In this document: piece by piece, positions 11,404 to 24,124 of the stretch
Layout of the letters: each line of letters starts with the position of its first letter
Position numbering within the stretch: position 1 is the first letter of the stretch
NCBI RefSeq assembly: GCF_964213995.1
Contig: NC_135804.1
Span: 59,458,001-59,522,000 of the forward strand
From: Mustelus asterias
Lineage: Eukaryota
Length of the DNA stretch: 64,000 nucleotides
Direction of reading: 5' to 3'
Notes under the pieces: generated by a model
Database searches by the model: none
Seen by the model: the letters and a program-made list of their open reading frames with translations, nothing else
What the model was told of the DNA's origin: nothing
Translations under genes and position numbers: made by a program

Positions 11404-13887
11404 TGAATTCATCGATTCGGATTTCCAACAAAGCCAAGAAAATTTAATACCTCAAAATCACTGCTGATAGTAATCCTACTTGATCCACCTCGAAATGTGG
11501 ATTGTTCACTTCAATGTAGAATGCGATTCTTTTTTATGGGATCTGAAGACGCTTCACACACTGGTCTACATAAAAGTTTATTCCACATATCTTTCTCTGT
11601 GGAAAGTAAACGATCTCCGGGTATTATTAGTAAAATGATAATTTTTGTTTTGTTTTACCAATGATCTCTGTACTGGCACTCACAGTTACACATGTCATAC
11701 TATATTTGTAGGGAAATGTCGTGCTTATATTACTGCAGCAATAGTTCAAAGATGTGGATTCGTAATGCCGAGCAAATGGGGTAAAACTTGCAATGGGATT
11801 GTGAGAGTTTGAATTCAGTTAATATATATATATAAAACATTTGATCAGTAAAAGATTTGTGATTTGAGTGATTAGCATAACATGTTAGGTATCCGTTTAA
11901 TATACTTCGGAACCGAAAACTCGATTTATCGCGATCCATCTATATGTGACTCCAATCCTACAACAGTATGGTTAGCTCTTAACAGGCCTTTGAACTGGCC
12001 GTGCAAGCAGTTTACGTCTCTCCAACGAAAGATGGAGAATAAGTATCTGCGTCAGTGTTGCCCACGTCCAAAGAATAAATAAAACAAAATTCTGTGGTTT
12101 AACGTTTTTTGCATTCTTTGCATTCTCGTGCATTTCCAAAAAAAATCGCTTCCTTTGCAGTTTAAGATTACAAATATATTCAGGGTGTCCACATAACTCA
12201 ATACTCTGACAATGGGAAAGAAATCTTGTGGCTCTTTGAACTGTTTTTAGCAGATGAGACAAACATTTTTCACAATATTATTGGTCCACTTTACACATTG
12301 GTTCCTGCTTGTTTAATCTATATTAGAGTGTCTTGCCTTTGTGATTTAATATCCAGCCATCTTTCCCATTACTGCTCTTCGCTGACTGCTTTGCAGCCAG
12401 AATCCGGTGTCTCTTTGAATTCTATCCTTAGATGTTATCAACAGAATCAACTGATAATTTTCTTCATGGTTGGAAAGCTCTACTGTTCTGTGCGCTGCAT
12501 TCCCCCGTCATACAAATTCCTTGGAAAGCACAAGCATGGAGACTGACTGAATATCATGATAATGAAATATATTTAAATTCCATTAATCCGGTTAGGTATG
12601 AAAATGTAACAATACTGGACCGTGAGCTGGTAAATTCTTATAATTTATCCAAGAAGAGGATTAAAATTTATATAAATTTTGTGGAAATGAAAATTGTTTA
12701 CTCCGACTTATTTCACAAAAGGTCTTTATCTCTCTTTCATGTCCACTAAAATATTGTTTTGATAAGCATTTGGTACTTCTTGAGATGTAGGTGCAGGTGG
12801 TTAAAGAAATACTGAAAATTACATTGGTAGTGTCAACGACACACAGTTCTGTACTAATTACATACAATTATCGGAGCGTTGCTTTGGCGAGTTGGCATTG
12901 CATGTCTAAGATGTTGAAATTGCTTGGAATTGTGTTCTAACTGTAACACTGTAGTTTAGTGAAAATCGACAGAACGAAATTTCAGTTACAATAGCCACCC
13001 GAATTTCCGGACTTAACATTGAAACATCAATATGTATATTAACTGTGGTTGATGCATTTTTTAGGAGATGAAGCATAACACACTTGTGAGAGCATTGAGA
13101 AGATTAACACGTTGCAGCGACGCACCGCTTGTGTTTTTACTATATTAACAATTGTTGCGAAATATGTACCGCATGGGCGGGTTTATAAAACTAAATAAAG
13201 AAAATGCTCATTAGCCTCATGTCGCTGCGGTAATGCTTTTCTAAATTTAGATGTTAATGATTACAACATTAAAATGTACCTCGTGTTACCTATCAATATA
13301 ATCGCGGTTCTGCTTACCTGCAGAAACAGACAATGTTCGGATTAAATTCTACACCATGTTTTCCATTGTAAACTTTCCTAACTCACGAACAAATGGAAGC
13401 TTCAGCCGGTTCGCTTTAAGACCCATTAATTTTTCTCATCTTTTAATTTCTAATATTATGCTACATGTAGGAGTATGTTCTTAAATACATTTTTAGGTTG
13501 TTTGTTTGTTTCTCTATACATATCTATTAGCATACATCTGCTAAACTCGTGACACTTGCCTTTGTGTAACGCACTGAAATGTTGTAATGATGATCAAATT
13601 ATAGATAAGTGGGATTGCAGGAACTGGGAGCACAACCGCCTGAAAGTTCCTTTTCAAGTCCTCATCATACTGATTTGGAAATACATCGCCGTTTATTCAC
13701 CGTCGCTTGGTCAACATGCTGGTACTCCCTCCATAACTGCTCTGTGGGCATGCTGGGGCTGCAGTGGTTTCCCATGACAGCTCACTGTCACCTTCTCAGG
13801 AGTCGCTGGCGATGGGCGGTAAATGCTGGCCGAGAAAGAGACACCCAAAGCCAAAATCAGATAGATTTTTAAGTCTGCAATCAATAT

Positions 13888-14030
13888 ATAGAATCCCTAT
13901 AGTGCAGAAGGAGGCCAAACAGCCCATCAAGTCTGCTTCGACTCTCCGACAGGGCATCCCACAGACAGTCACCCAAGGCCAGAATCGAACCTGGTCCCCG
14001 GGCATTGCGTTAACCACTGTGCCAGCGTTC
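13888..14030 (-). mobile_element. Internally deleted HE1-type SINE (tRNA head joined almost directly to the CR1-type tail)
   Basis: Reverse complement has GGTTCGATTC (B box) and TGACTGTCTGTG, then the ...GCAGACTTGATGGGC..TGGCCTCCTTCTGCACT tail shared with 56534-56876. Confidence 0.6.
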
Positions 14031-15288
14031 CGCCTTTTTTCAAATGACAATAAAATGTTGGAATTGTGCAAATTTTATTCAATCGCCTTTCGATTACAAC
14101 AAATTTTACGAATGCCAACTAATGTTGCCCAAGCACTGTATTGTGTGAAAAAATACCTGATGGGATGTGTTGCTGTTCAGCTTCATCCGCAGCGTGATCC
14201 TTGCACAGGTTCGAAGGTAATTGTGATGTCACATTCGGGGAAGTTACTGAATATATTCATGCTCAAGAATCCCTTTCAGCCACAATTTAACTTGTATAAA
14301 TAACGATTCAAAGCTGCTGTCAATGTATCCATAATTCCCTGTTTCACCCTCAGGAGTCCTGTATGGTTTGGAAGATTGCCCTTTTCTTTTAAGAACCCTC
14401 TGAAATTTGCTACGGTCGTGACAATGGAAACGTTCGTGCTCACAAAGAGAGGCGAATACTGCTCAACACACACGCATGAGAAGGTACCCGCAGAGTGCAG
14501 TGAAAAAATACACAGACGGGAAATGCATTGACAGTATGCACGCCCAGTGAAAAGATATCTGTCCCAGATAATTAAAATACGTACACTATGAGAAAGACGA
14601 GCATATCAAAGATAATCGATTGCCGTTTTGGAAAACAAAAATATGGCAACATTCATTCTTTCATTCTGTCTTAATTCATCGCGTACTCGCTGAATTTCTC
14701 ACTCATCACTATCAGAAGATATTTACTTCATGATTTTGCCGTCAAGGTGAGCTCTGCATTTCAGATCGCAGATGTAAACTTGCCAGGGAATGGACTGGGT
14801 ACTGTTTATCCAGTCCATCATTATTAGACCTAAATATCAGCACGTCGGCTGTATAGATGGCGTCATCCATACTTACCGAGGTGTCCTAAATTTTAGAGAT
14901 TCCATTGACTGCTTTAATGCATATAGATAAAATGACATGTACAGAACACATACTTTTCAAACAATAGGAGCAACGTGGTATGGAGACTGCAGCATATCTA
15001 ACTGTAAGGCGATGGCCTACGCAGCTGAGATGCAGAGAGAGTCCTTCTCCTCGCAGGATTTATTGTCCCGCCTGCCGACTAAGCCAGAAACCAAAGCAGC
15101 ATCTGTATCGACTTCTAAATCACAGTTAGATACGGGCAGTTGTACATTCGCAAAATCCTCTACTTCCTCTCCTTCTGTCAAATGAACCTGCATCCAGTGA
15201 AACTGGTTCTACGTTTTCCAAAGAAAAGTTGTATTCAGCTTTATTTCACAGATATGCAGGATCAACCGCGCATCATAGAAACCCGCTG

Positions 15289-15606
15289 ATAGAATCATTG
15301 AATTTCTCCAGTACTGAAGACCATTCGGCCCATTGAATCTGTACAGACTCAGCATTTTTCCAAGGCCATCCCTATTCCCCTGCCCGATCCCCATTCTCCC
15401 ACGCATTTATCAGGGCTAATCCACCTAACGCGCACATCTTGAGACAATAAGGGGCAATATATACTGGCCAATCCATTTAATCCTCACATCACTGGACTGT
15501 GGGAGGAAAGTGGATCCCCTGAAGGAACCCACAGAGACACGGGGGAACGTACAAACTCCACATAGTCCGGAATTGAGCCCGAGTCCCTGGCGCTGTGAGG
15601 CAGCAG
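15289..15606 (-). mobile_element. HE1-type V-SINE, head truncated by an adjacent CR1
   Basis: Reverse complement resembles 56534-56876 (TGTGGAGTTTG..CG..CCCCGTGTC..GTGGG..TTCCTCCCACAGTCC). Confidence 0.75.
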
Positions 15607-16860
15607 AAACATAACATAGAAACATAAAAAATAGAAGTAGGAGTAGGCCTTTCGACCCTTTGAGCCTGCTTCGCCATTCATTGTGATCATGGCTGATCAT
15701 CAAACTCAATATCCTGATCCCAACGTTCCTCGATGTCCCTTGATCCCTTTAGCCCCATGAGCTATATCTAATTTATTCTTGAAATTACACAAAGTTTTGG
15801 CCGCAACTACTTTCTGTGGCGGTGAATTCCACACGTTCACCACTCTCTGGATGAAGAAATTTCTCCTCACCTCAGTTTTAAATGGTTTACCCCTTATCCT
15901 CAAACTATGACCCTTATTTCTGGACTAACCCGCGATCGGGAACATTCTTTCTGAATGTACCCTGTCCGACCCATGATCGGGAACGTTCTTTCTGAATCTA
16001 CCCTGTCTAACTCAGTTAGAGCCTGAAAATTCAAAACTCTAATGAACACACTCATTGCCGACTTTGTCTCTCCTCACACGACAGACCTGCCTCCCAGGGA
16101 TGAGCCTGATAAGCCTTCGCTGTTATCCCTCTATAGCAAGGGCATCGCTCCTCAGATAAGGACACCGGAGCTGCACATAATACTCCAGATGTGACCTCAC
16201 CACGCCCCACGCAATTGCAGTAATAAATCTCTATTCACATACTCAAATCCTCTCGCTCTGAAGGCCAACATGCCATTTGACTTCTCTACTGCCTTATGTA
16301 CCTGCACGAGGACACCAAGATCTCGTTAATTTCACACATTAAAGTAACAATCGGTCTGCCTATTATGGCTACCAACGTGAACAATCCCACATTTATCCAC
16401 ATTGCACTGCATCTGCCATGTATATACTCACATACTCAGCCTGTCCAAATCACGCTGAAGCATCTCTGCTTCTCAACTCAACCTCCCACCCAACTTTGCA
16501 TCATCTACAAATTTGGAGATAATACATTTAGTGTCCTCTTCCAAATCAATAATATATAATATGAACAGTTGGAGTCCTAGCAGATATCCTTGCGGTGTCC
16601 CACTAGTCATTGCCTATCAATCAAAAAAGATCCATTAATGCCAAAGTTTTGCTTCCTAGCTGCTAACGAGCTTTCGATCTATCTCAGGAAATTACCTGTA
16701 ATCCCATGCGCTTTAACTTGATATAGTAATCTGCTATTTGAGACGCTGTCGAAAGCCTACTGATATTCTAAATGAACCACATCCACTGGTTCTCGTCGGT
16801 GAACTCTACGAGCTACATCCTCGAAGAATGCCAATTTCCCCTTTGTAAAGCCATGCTGCT
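15606..16860 (-). mobile_element. Decayed CR1 3' fragment with (TTCTATG)n-type tail and an internal 41-bp tandem duplication (~15934-16010)
   Basis: ORF 15706-15903 RGKPFKTEVRRNFFIQRVVNVWNS; tail microsatellite at 15606-15630. Confidence 0.85.
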
Positions 16861-16879
16861 TTAGCTGATTTAGGGACTG

Positions 16880-17500
16880 AAACATGGACTTCACGGAAAG
16901 TTGGATAGGAAATTGAAGGGGGAAACACGGTCATGGACTTTGGAGAGGCAAAGATGTTGGAAATAGGATAGTGGTTTGCATGAATGAAGGGCGGAAGGAT
17001 TGATCATTTGAGAAGACGGATTATGTTGGCAAATTGGCAGAAGTGTGTAATCGTATAGAGAAGAACTTCCAACTGTATCAGCTACCATAGATAGCAGGAA
17101 TGAGGGATTGCGTTATCATCAGTTTAGTGGGAATAGAGTCAAGCATGTCGGCGGTTGGCTTCATGATGAGTTCGAAGACGGCAAGTGGAGAAGCTGGAAG
17201 GAAAGTGGAGAATAATGTGATTTTAGGGCTGGGGTGAAGGGTATGGCGGGGTGCGCATTCCTCAGAGAACAATGGGGAAAAGAATGCGACGGAGGCAGCT
17301 GAGCAGATGTTTTCAAGTTTAGTCACTGAAAAGTCCATGCAATCCTCCGACTTGTTGTAGGAGATAGCGCATGAGCAGAGATAAAGGTTTATGGAGACGG
17401 TTTGTAGCAGATGAAAGATGCCAGGGGTCAGTCAACATTGCTTTCTGGGTGATTCGCGAAAATAGAATAATTTTGGCAGACTGTAGCAGGACCCTATGGT
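16880..17500 (-). mobile_element. Highly decayed L2-like LINE fragment
   Basis: Minus-strand peptides such as LDSIPTKLMITQ and F.TKLENICSAA resemble L2 ORF2. No intact ORF. Confidence 0.45.
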
Positions 17501-20500
17501 TCTTTATATGGCCCATAGTCATCAGCCGATCAATAAACAAACCAGTTTAATTATATTGCCATAAATTAAGTTGATAATTATTGCTCACTGGCAATTAGAG
17601 GATATAAATAACCCACGTCCTTTCAAGTTAATAAGAGTTTGATATGGATGCAGCTGCGTGCGCCTGACCGTCTAATTATATTGACGCCGTGCAGAGTTTG
17701 ACAGTGTATCTAACGATGCCTATGCTTGCCACCTCAAAAACATAGTGTGTGTGTGGATGGAATCCAGAAAACGTTAATAAAGCAATTCAGTACTTGAAAC
17801 ATAGTTCAGAGTGTTTTATGAATGGTGAAGATTAACGAATAATAAACGAATTCAATTACTTAAAAAACACAGTTCAGAATTTTGGTTTTAATTATTAAGT
17901 TACCACAGTTGATAATTTCTGCCTCTGCTGCACATAATTCCACGAGTGCACATAGTGTTTGAACAAGAAGAAAATGCTTCCAAATACAGTTGGAAGCGCA
18001 GAGAGCAGAAAGACTCAAAAGCTGAGAGCAAGACGAAGGAGCCACAAATGAGGAGAATCGAAGGTTCGTGCAGCATTCGCTTACAACTATTTCACCTTGA
18101 ATCTTACGACATATTCGTCCTCTAACATTAGATCATATAATCTTAACTGCTGGTTGAATTCTATATGGAAAATGAGCTTGATTCTATGCAAACGGCTGTA
18201 ATATGAAGAGGGAGAGGGCTGTGGTTGCGTTTCCACGTCGATTCTTTTTTTACAGGCTGTCAGGTAGCTTGATGGATGAATGGCGCCAGGTGATGTTAAT
18301 TTTTAAATAAATCTATTTGATACTTGTGAATACGACGCTTCTGAGTGTGCAAGCATTTTTGTTGTCTTACGTTTTACTGATATTAATAGGAGTGCCCCAC
18401 AGACAATTTTCCGTTCAGAGAATGATAAGTACGAGCTGTGTTAAAAGACCATTAAAAACAACACACACTTCCTGTATTTCTGCCTCCATCCACAGTCACG
18501 ATATAAGTTCTGAAGGTACGCTACATTATTAGTTTGCTCTCTTTTGCACCAGGTCATAAGCGTAGAATCGTTTTTCTGCTTCTGGCCGTTGAATTGCCCG
18601 GAAAAATGAACACAGGCCCTGTTTGGAATATGAAGAGCGAGATTTACCGATAACACGATCTGTAGTTTCGCAACAATCAGCCGTTTAAACAAAATAAATC
18701 ATCAATAACTTTATTAATGAATGTATGTAGTCTCTTTTCCGCAATTTGATTGCATATTTTACGATGACTGCACTCCACAGAGAATTAATTGTTTGTGATA
18801 TGTTCTGGAATGTCCCCGGTAAGTGATTAGGGTATAATTTTAAAGCAACATCTTTATTATACTTTACGGTCGTAAGTCTTTGGACCAATACCCCTTTACT
18901 GTGGCAAATGTTTTGTAATCTGCAGTTGTGCAGTTTTTCAACTATCAAATTTCAAGTATTTAATCTTATTTAGTGCTGAATGATATGTTTCAGTCAAGCC
19001 TTAGAGGGGACGCAAAAAAGTCTATCATTTTTCAAACCCGACCCATTATCTCAACACGTCAGCTTCCATCAATATTTTGCCAGCGTCCTCTTCCTTCATT
19101 AAGACTAAGACACAATACTTATCCAGAGTTCTACCTGTTGCGTTAAACATATATCACATTCTTCGTTTCAATAGATGACACCACTCCCACAACCAGATTG
19201 CTATGGACATCCTGGGAGTAGATCTTTGATTCCGTTTTATGCTAACTGCTATTCTATTCTCATGTTATGTATTTTCCAGTCTTGGTTTCCTCTTCTCGTC
19301 CCCTTTCAACTTATTGTATCTGCCCTGGTTCTTGTTTGAGTAATCCACCTGACATGCATCTTGCACTTGTTTTGTTTCAGCATAACGTCTGCCTTCCTAA
19401 CACCCAGCAGCCCTGCTTAACATTGGGCTGTCTTAATCTCTTGTTGAAATGTATCTATCCTGGACCCGAAATGTCTCTTCCTGAAAGATTCCCCGATTGT
19501 TTCCTGAATTAACTTGCGCTAAATTTTCATGTTGTAATATAGTACAGGCTAAATATAATCTCTTAATAAAAGCAGAGATAAATAAAACCACACATTTTTC
19601 ACCCATGTTTCCCATCTCCTTAAAGACATTTCGGGTGGAGTACAATCAAACTTTTATATGGCTTTGACACACAGCGTGCGTTGGGGAGGTCAACCAAAAG
19701 ACAAATTTTACCCTCACCAGAGGCCTACAACTTCAGGTCACTGATGAAAGATCAAGGATGGAAACTGTAACTTTGTATCCGCCTCTTTGTCTCAAAGGAG
19801 TGTAAACCCAGTTGTCGGGTTTCGCCACTGACTGGTTGAAATTCAATAAAATCAAGAAATACACACTGAAATGTTGGTGACCGTATATTCTTGTCAGATT
19901 AACCCATTATGAGGAGCCGTTGGACGTCTCCCAAGAGAGGAATGCTGTGTAAAAGCAAAGCATTTGTTTGTGTCACAGTATCACAGTAAAGTGCATTGCT
20001 TATCTGTTTTTTTTTCTACAGACGTAATGACTGTCGGCTATTAAACCTTTCAGTTCGTTTCTGACGTTAACTTAAATCTTGGCTGATCCATGCCTTAACC
20101 CAATTTACTCATTGTTGCGCCACATACCTTGAAATCTTTATCCAAGAAACATGTGTCCATCGAAGTTCTTGATTAGCTCAACGGGTTTCTGAGAGTTGCA
20201 AATATCCATTACAATTTGCGTGAAAATGAACATGTGCAATATTCATATTATAGTAGTTCTTATTAACTATTAACTTGTATTTGCTCAAGTGATTTTTGTA
20301 TTTACTATCTCATCCTACACTAGGTTCATTTAGGCGTTTATTTTATAAATATGATGAGCATTCCACAATGCCGTGTGCAAGGCGACAAAATATGGACAGC
20401 TGTTTTCAGCATTTAAGTGTGTACAGTGTTCTGGTGGTAAGTCATCAGCCTGACTATTTCTCCCCTTACAAATTTCTCCCGGGTTGCACTACAGGTCCAA

Positions 20501-22854
20501 CATTTTGCTTTTTTCGTTTCAGATTTTCAGCATCATCTATGTTTCATTTCTTATATCATGAGGTGGAATGTTTTGGGAGATAACTGACTGCAGCCGAAGT
20601 GCTGACGACTCAGGCTTCTGCTACAGATGGTAGAGTGCATTGTGAATGAGCTGTGGGGAGAGCAAGGGTGAAGAAGAGTATCATCATATATTGTGATGGG
20701 GTTGAATGTAACCAAGTGGAGTGGGACTTATTTCCGGTGGAAATTAATGCCAGGCATAGATCATTAGGGATCAGTGTCAGTTTTATTGATGGCATGAATT
20801 ATTTGTGGTTTTGTATGCTCCCCAAACGTTCGGTTAAAGGGATTATGTCGACGTAAGGGCAGGGTAAAACGAACTGGTCGTGTTGCAATCAACCTCAGTG
20901 TAAGTTATATCTGAATACTATGTGCCAACTTCTATATATAAAAGTTTTCACTCTGCATACCTCTGTAAGATACATTTCATTTCCCGACTTTACTCTGTAT
21001 TTACGGCAGACTGATTTTTTTTAAAAATTGCTCCAAATACAAAGTACTGCGGATGCTGGAAATATAAAACGATTATCCGACATCTGAAGAATAATCACGA
21101 CCTGAAATGTTGTCTCAGTTTCTCTTTTCATAGATGCTACCAGAGCCCCTTAACATTTCTACATTTTCCGTTCTTATTTAATATTATATTTGAAATGAAC
21201 AGACACTGGTGAAAGTTCTAGGTGTTATTTGAACTTAAATTCTACTCGTATTCATTTGAGACTTTAACTATTTAGGCAACACGAGATAGTTTGGCGAATG
21301 AACTCAGGAAATCTTCAGCAAATTGCAGATTAATTCCTCCTAAAGACAGGGCGGGAATTGCCTAGCGTACTAGGGCTTTTGCATTTCGGTTCAGACTTTG
21401 GGCACACACTAAATCTCCAGGCGGCATTTTACAGGACCGTCCCGTCCATCGATGGGCGGTTCGAGCCCGGAAAAGGGCGAGAGGCTGAATAATTTATCTA
21501 AATATACTTAAATGTGAATTTACATTTTAGCGAGTCTGGCGCTCATATAGATGAGAACAAGCACAAAGCCAGAGCACGCCTTAAGTCAATTGAATATTAG
21601 CCTTGCCGCAGTTAGGCCAGTTAGAATGCAATAACAACATTGCTCACTATGTGAGTTGTGACTTGGAATAAGTTAAATGGCAGAAGCTTTCACTGACCAA
21701 GTTGCACAGCAAGTGCCGCTGCACAGAGGGAAACAGAAATTACAGTGAAAGAAATGTTAAATTAAATTAATCTCCGACCCAAAAGTAGAAGTCTAGCATG
21801 GATCACTGACTTTTGATGGAGAGAGGGGTGATAAAATAAATGGGGGAGGGGAGAATTAAAAGGGATCAGTTCCGAAAAATGTAACAATATTTTTCTGTTG
21901 ACGCCATTCTTTTCAGTGCACATGGATGGATACCCAGTTTTTGTCTCCTTTTCGCGACAACGCATTCGCTACACAGATAATATTTTGTTATCTTCAGTCC
22001 ATTGGTGGATATTCAGATTATAGATAATAATGCATTTGATCATCTGATCTTCTCTCCATCTGCGATCGGCAGAAGAATACTATTAGCTTCCGTCTATTTG
22101 TACAATTGCCAGGGTTTAGATAAAGTGACCATCTTGCTCTATGTGACACATTAGTACATTATGGGTACAATATGCACTTAGTGTTTCTCTCAGTGTCAAG
22201 TATAACGTGCTGTAGTTGGTCACAGTATCAACAAGCACAGTTCGTCCTCGTTTACGGTGAAAGACTCTACTGGTTAAAAAAAGCCTAAGGATCTGAGAAA
22301 ATATTTCGTCAGATAATTTTGCAAGGTGCATTTGTATAAAAATTCATGTTGCAAAACTGATTAGTTTAAGACGAGTTTCCTTCGCAAAAGTGGTGGCCGC
22401 TCCATATTTGCTTAATTGCAGATGAATGCTCTGATAAATCTTCACATACCCATGTGTCTGTGTGTGCCTGCTAATTATGTAAGTAGCTTCAGCATTAGTT
22501 CATGGTCGGGGCAACATTTTCTGCTTTGAGAAGCAGTTCTGCATCGCTCTGTCCAGTAGGGAGATAGGTTAATTTAAAAACTTTTGAGAAAATGTTCTTA
22601 ATCTGTTCACACAAGACGTGTCATTGTGTTCACTAAGCATTGATCTGTGGCATGTAAGCTCCTTGGAGTGGCAATCACCGGCGGATTGCTACTCCGGAGG
22701 GGCTTACATTCGTTATAATTCCAAAGCCACTGTCGTGCCCAACATTCGTCTCTCAGAACTGGTGAGACGGGTGCACAGGCAAAGGAAGGCAAGCCCCTTT
22801 CTGGGCACAAGCCAATCCTGCGATTTCACAGCCTGATTTTAGTTCTCTGTCGTT

Positions 22855-22950
22855 CTCCTCCCGGTCAGCTTCACAGTGATCCTGGCCTGATTCACACTCC
22901 TCCCGGTCTGCCTCATAATGATCGTGACCTGTTCCACACTCCTCCCGATC
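22855..22950. repeat. 42-bp minisatellite, about 2.3 degenerate copies
   Basis: CTCCTCCCG(G/A)TC... recurs at 22855, 22897 and 22939. Confidence 0.8.
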
Positions 22951-23571
22951 AATGTCACGCCGAGGCTAACCTGCTACACATCTGCAATCTATCAACAAGC
23001 ATTGATGAAACTGACCACACTTCTTCTACAGCCTCTCACCATGGCCCAAATGAATGTCTATGCAGTTGCGTGGTTCCATTCTTCTATTATTGATTCCTAA
23101 TCAGTGAATAACAATCAATGATTTCTCTCCTCGTTCCTGTAGTGCTGCTATTGTCTCCCAAAGAAGGTACTCTGGCTTTGTGCTTGTTCTCATCTATATG
23201 ATTCCCCTCTGAGATCTCATCCTAATACAGTGTCAGTGTTTACATCTAGGTTGGTAACACACAGCTGTACCTCACCACAGCCTCTCTCAATACCTCCCCA
23301 TCCCTACATTGTCACAATGGTTGTACAACCTCCAGTACTGGACAAAATAATCCTGCAACTAAATATTAGGAGGCCCAAACCGTTTGTATTTGGTGTGCCA
23401 CGCCATCCGTCCACATGTCGTTCTCGCTGGCAAGTGTCTAGGATTGATTAGGAATGTCTAAAAAAAATGTTCTTATATTTCTCCGTGAAATGCCTTTCCG
23501 ATCAGAAATCCAGGCCGTCAATAAGGCCATCAATTTAAACTCGTGACATTTCCTGACTCAATTGCTGCCCC

Positions 23572-24008
23572 AGGGAACCTGTCTCGGGGGCAGGGAATTC
23601 ATATGGTGTTCGTGGAAGTGGAAATGACTAGGGTTGGGAAGCATTTTCCGATCGGGGCCATAGTGAACTCCTGGACTCGTTTCGATCGCCTCAGGGGGTC
23701 GGAGAGGAATTTCCCAGATTTTCTTCCCCCATATTGGCCCTGGGGTTTTTCACTCTGGGTTTTCGCCTCTCCCTGGAGATCACATGGTCTGGAATGGGGG
23801 GGTGGGGGTAAGTTAATAGGTTGTAATGAACAAAGCATCGTAGCTGTGAGGGACAGCTCGGTGGATAGGAAATTGGTATGTAGATAGGCTGGAAAATTGG
23901 GCGGGGATCCTGGATTCAGGATTCAATCCTGGACCGGGGAGCGGCGCGGGCTTGGAGGGCCGAAGGGCCTGTTCCTGTGCTGTATTGTTCTTTGTTCTTT
24001 GTTCTTTG
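23572..24008 (+). mobile_element. 5'-truncated CR1 3'UTR carrying the extended cassette, (TTGTTCT)n tail
   Basis: Highly similar to 53606-54030 and to the reverse complement of 49952-50390. Confidence 0.9.
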
Positions 24009-24124
24009 TTTGTTCCAGCTGATTTGCTTCCAAATCCTCATCCGTGTCGTTTTTACCTCTGGATGTAACTCTACCAATGCATTCATTAACGACCTCTTGC
24101 AACTGAGGAAACGTGGTCTGCCTG

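Noticed and set aside
11712-13078. Other candidate gene A tail exons (GKCRAYITAA... from 11712; GDEA* at 13065-13078)
   Set aside because: Plausible acceptors but no homology to the gene B tail exons; cannot be chosen without cDNA.
22855-22950. CRISPR-like spaced repeats, including a CACAGTG heptamer
   Set aside because: Contiguous degenerate 42-bp tandem units without unique spacers in eukaryotic DNA; no nonamer at 12/23 spacing.
23543-23887. Recurrent ORF (MVFVEVEM.RVGKHFPI...) in three places suggesting a gene family
   Set aside because: These are copies of a CR1 3'UTR cassette; frames and lengths differ between copies.
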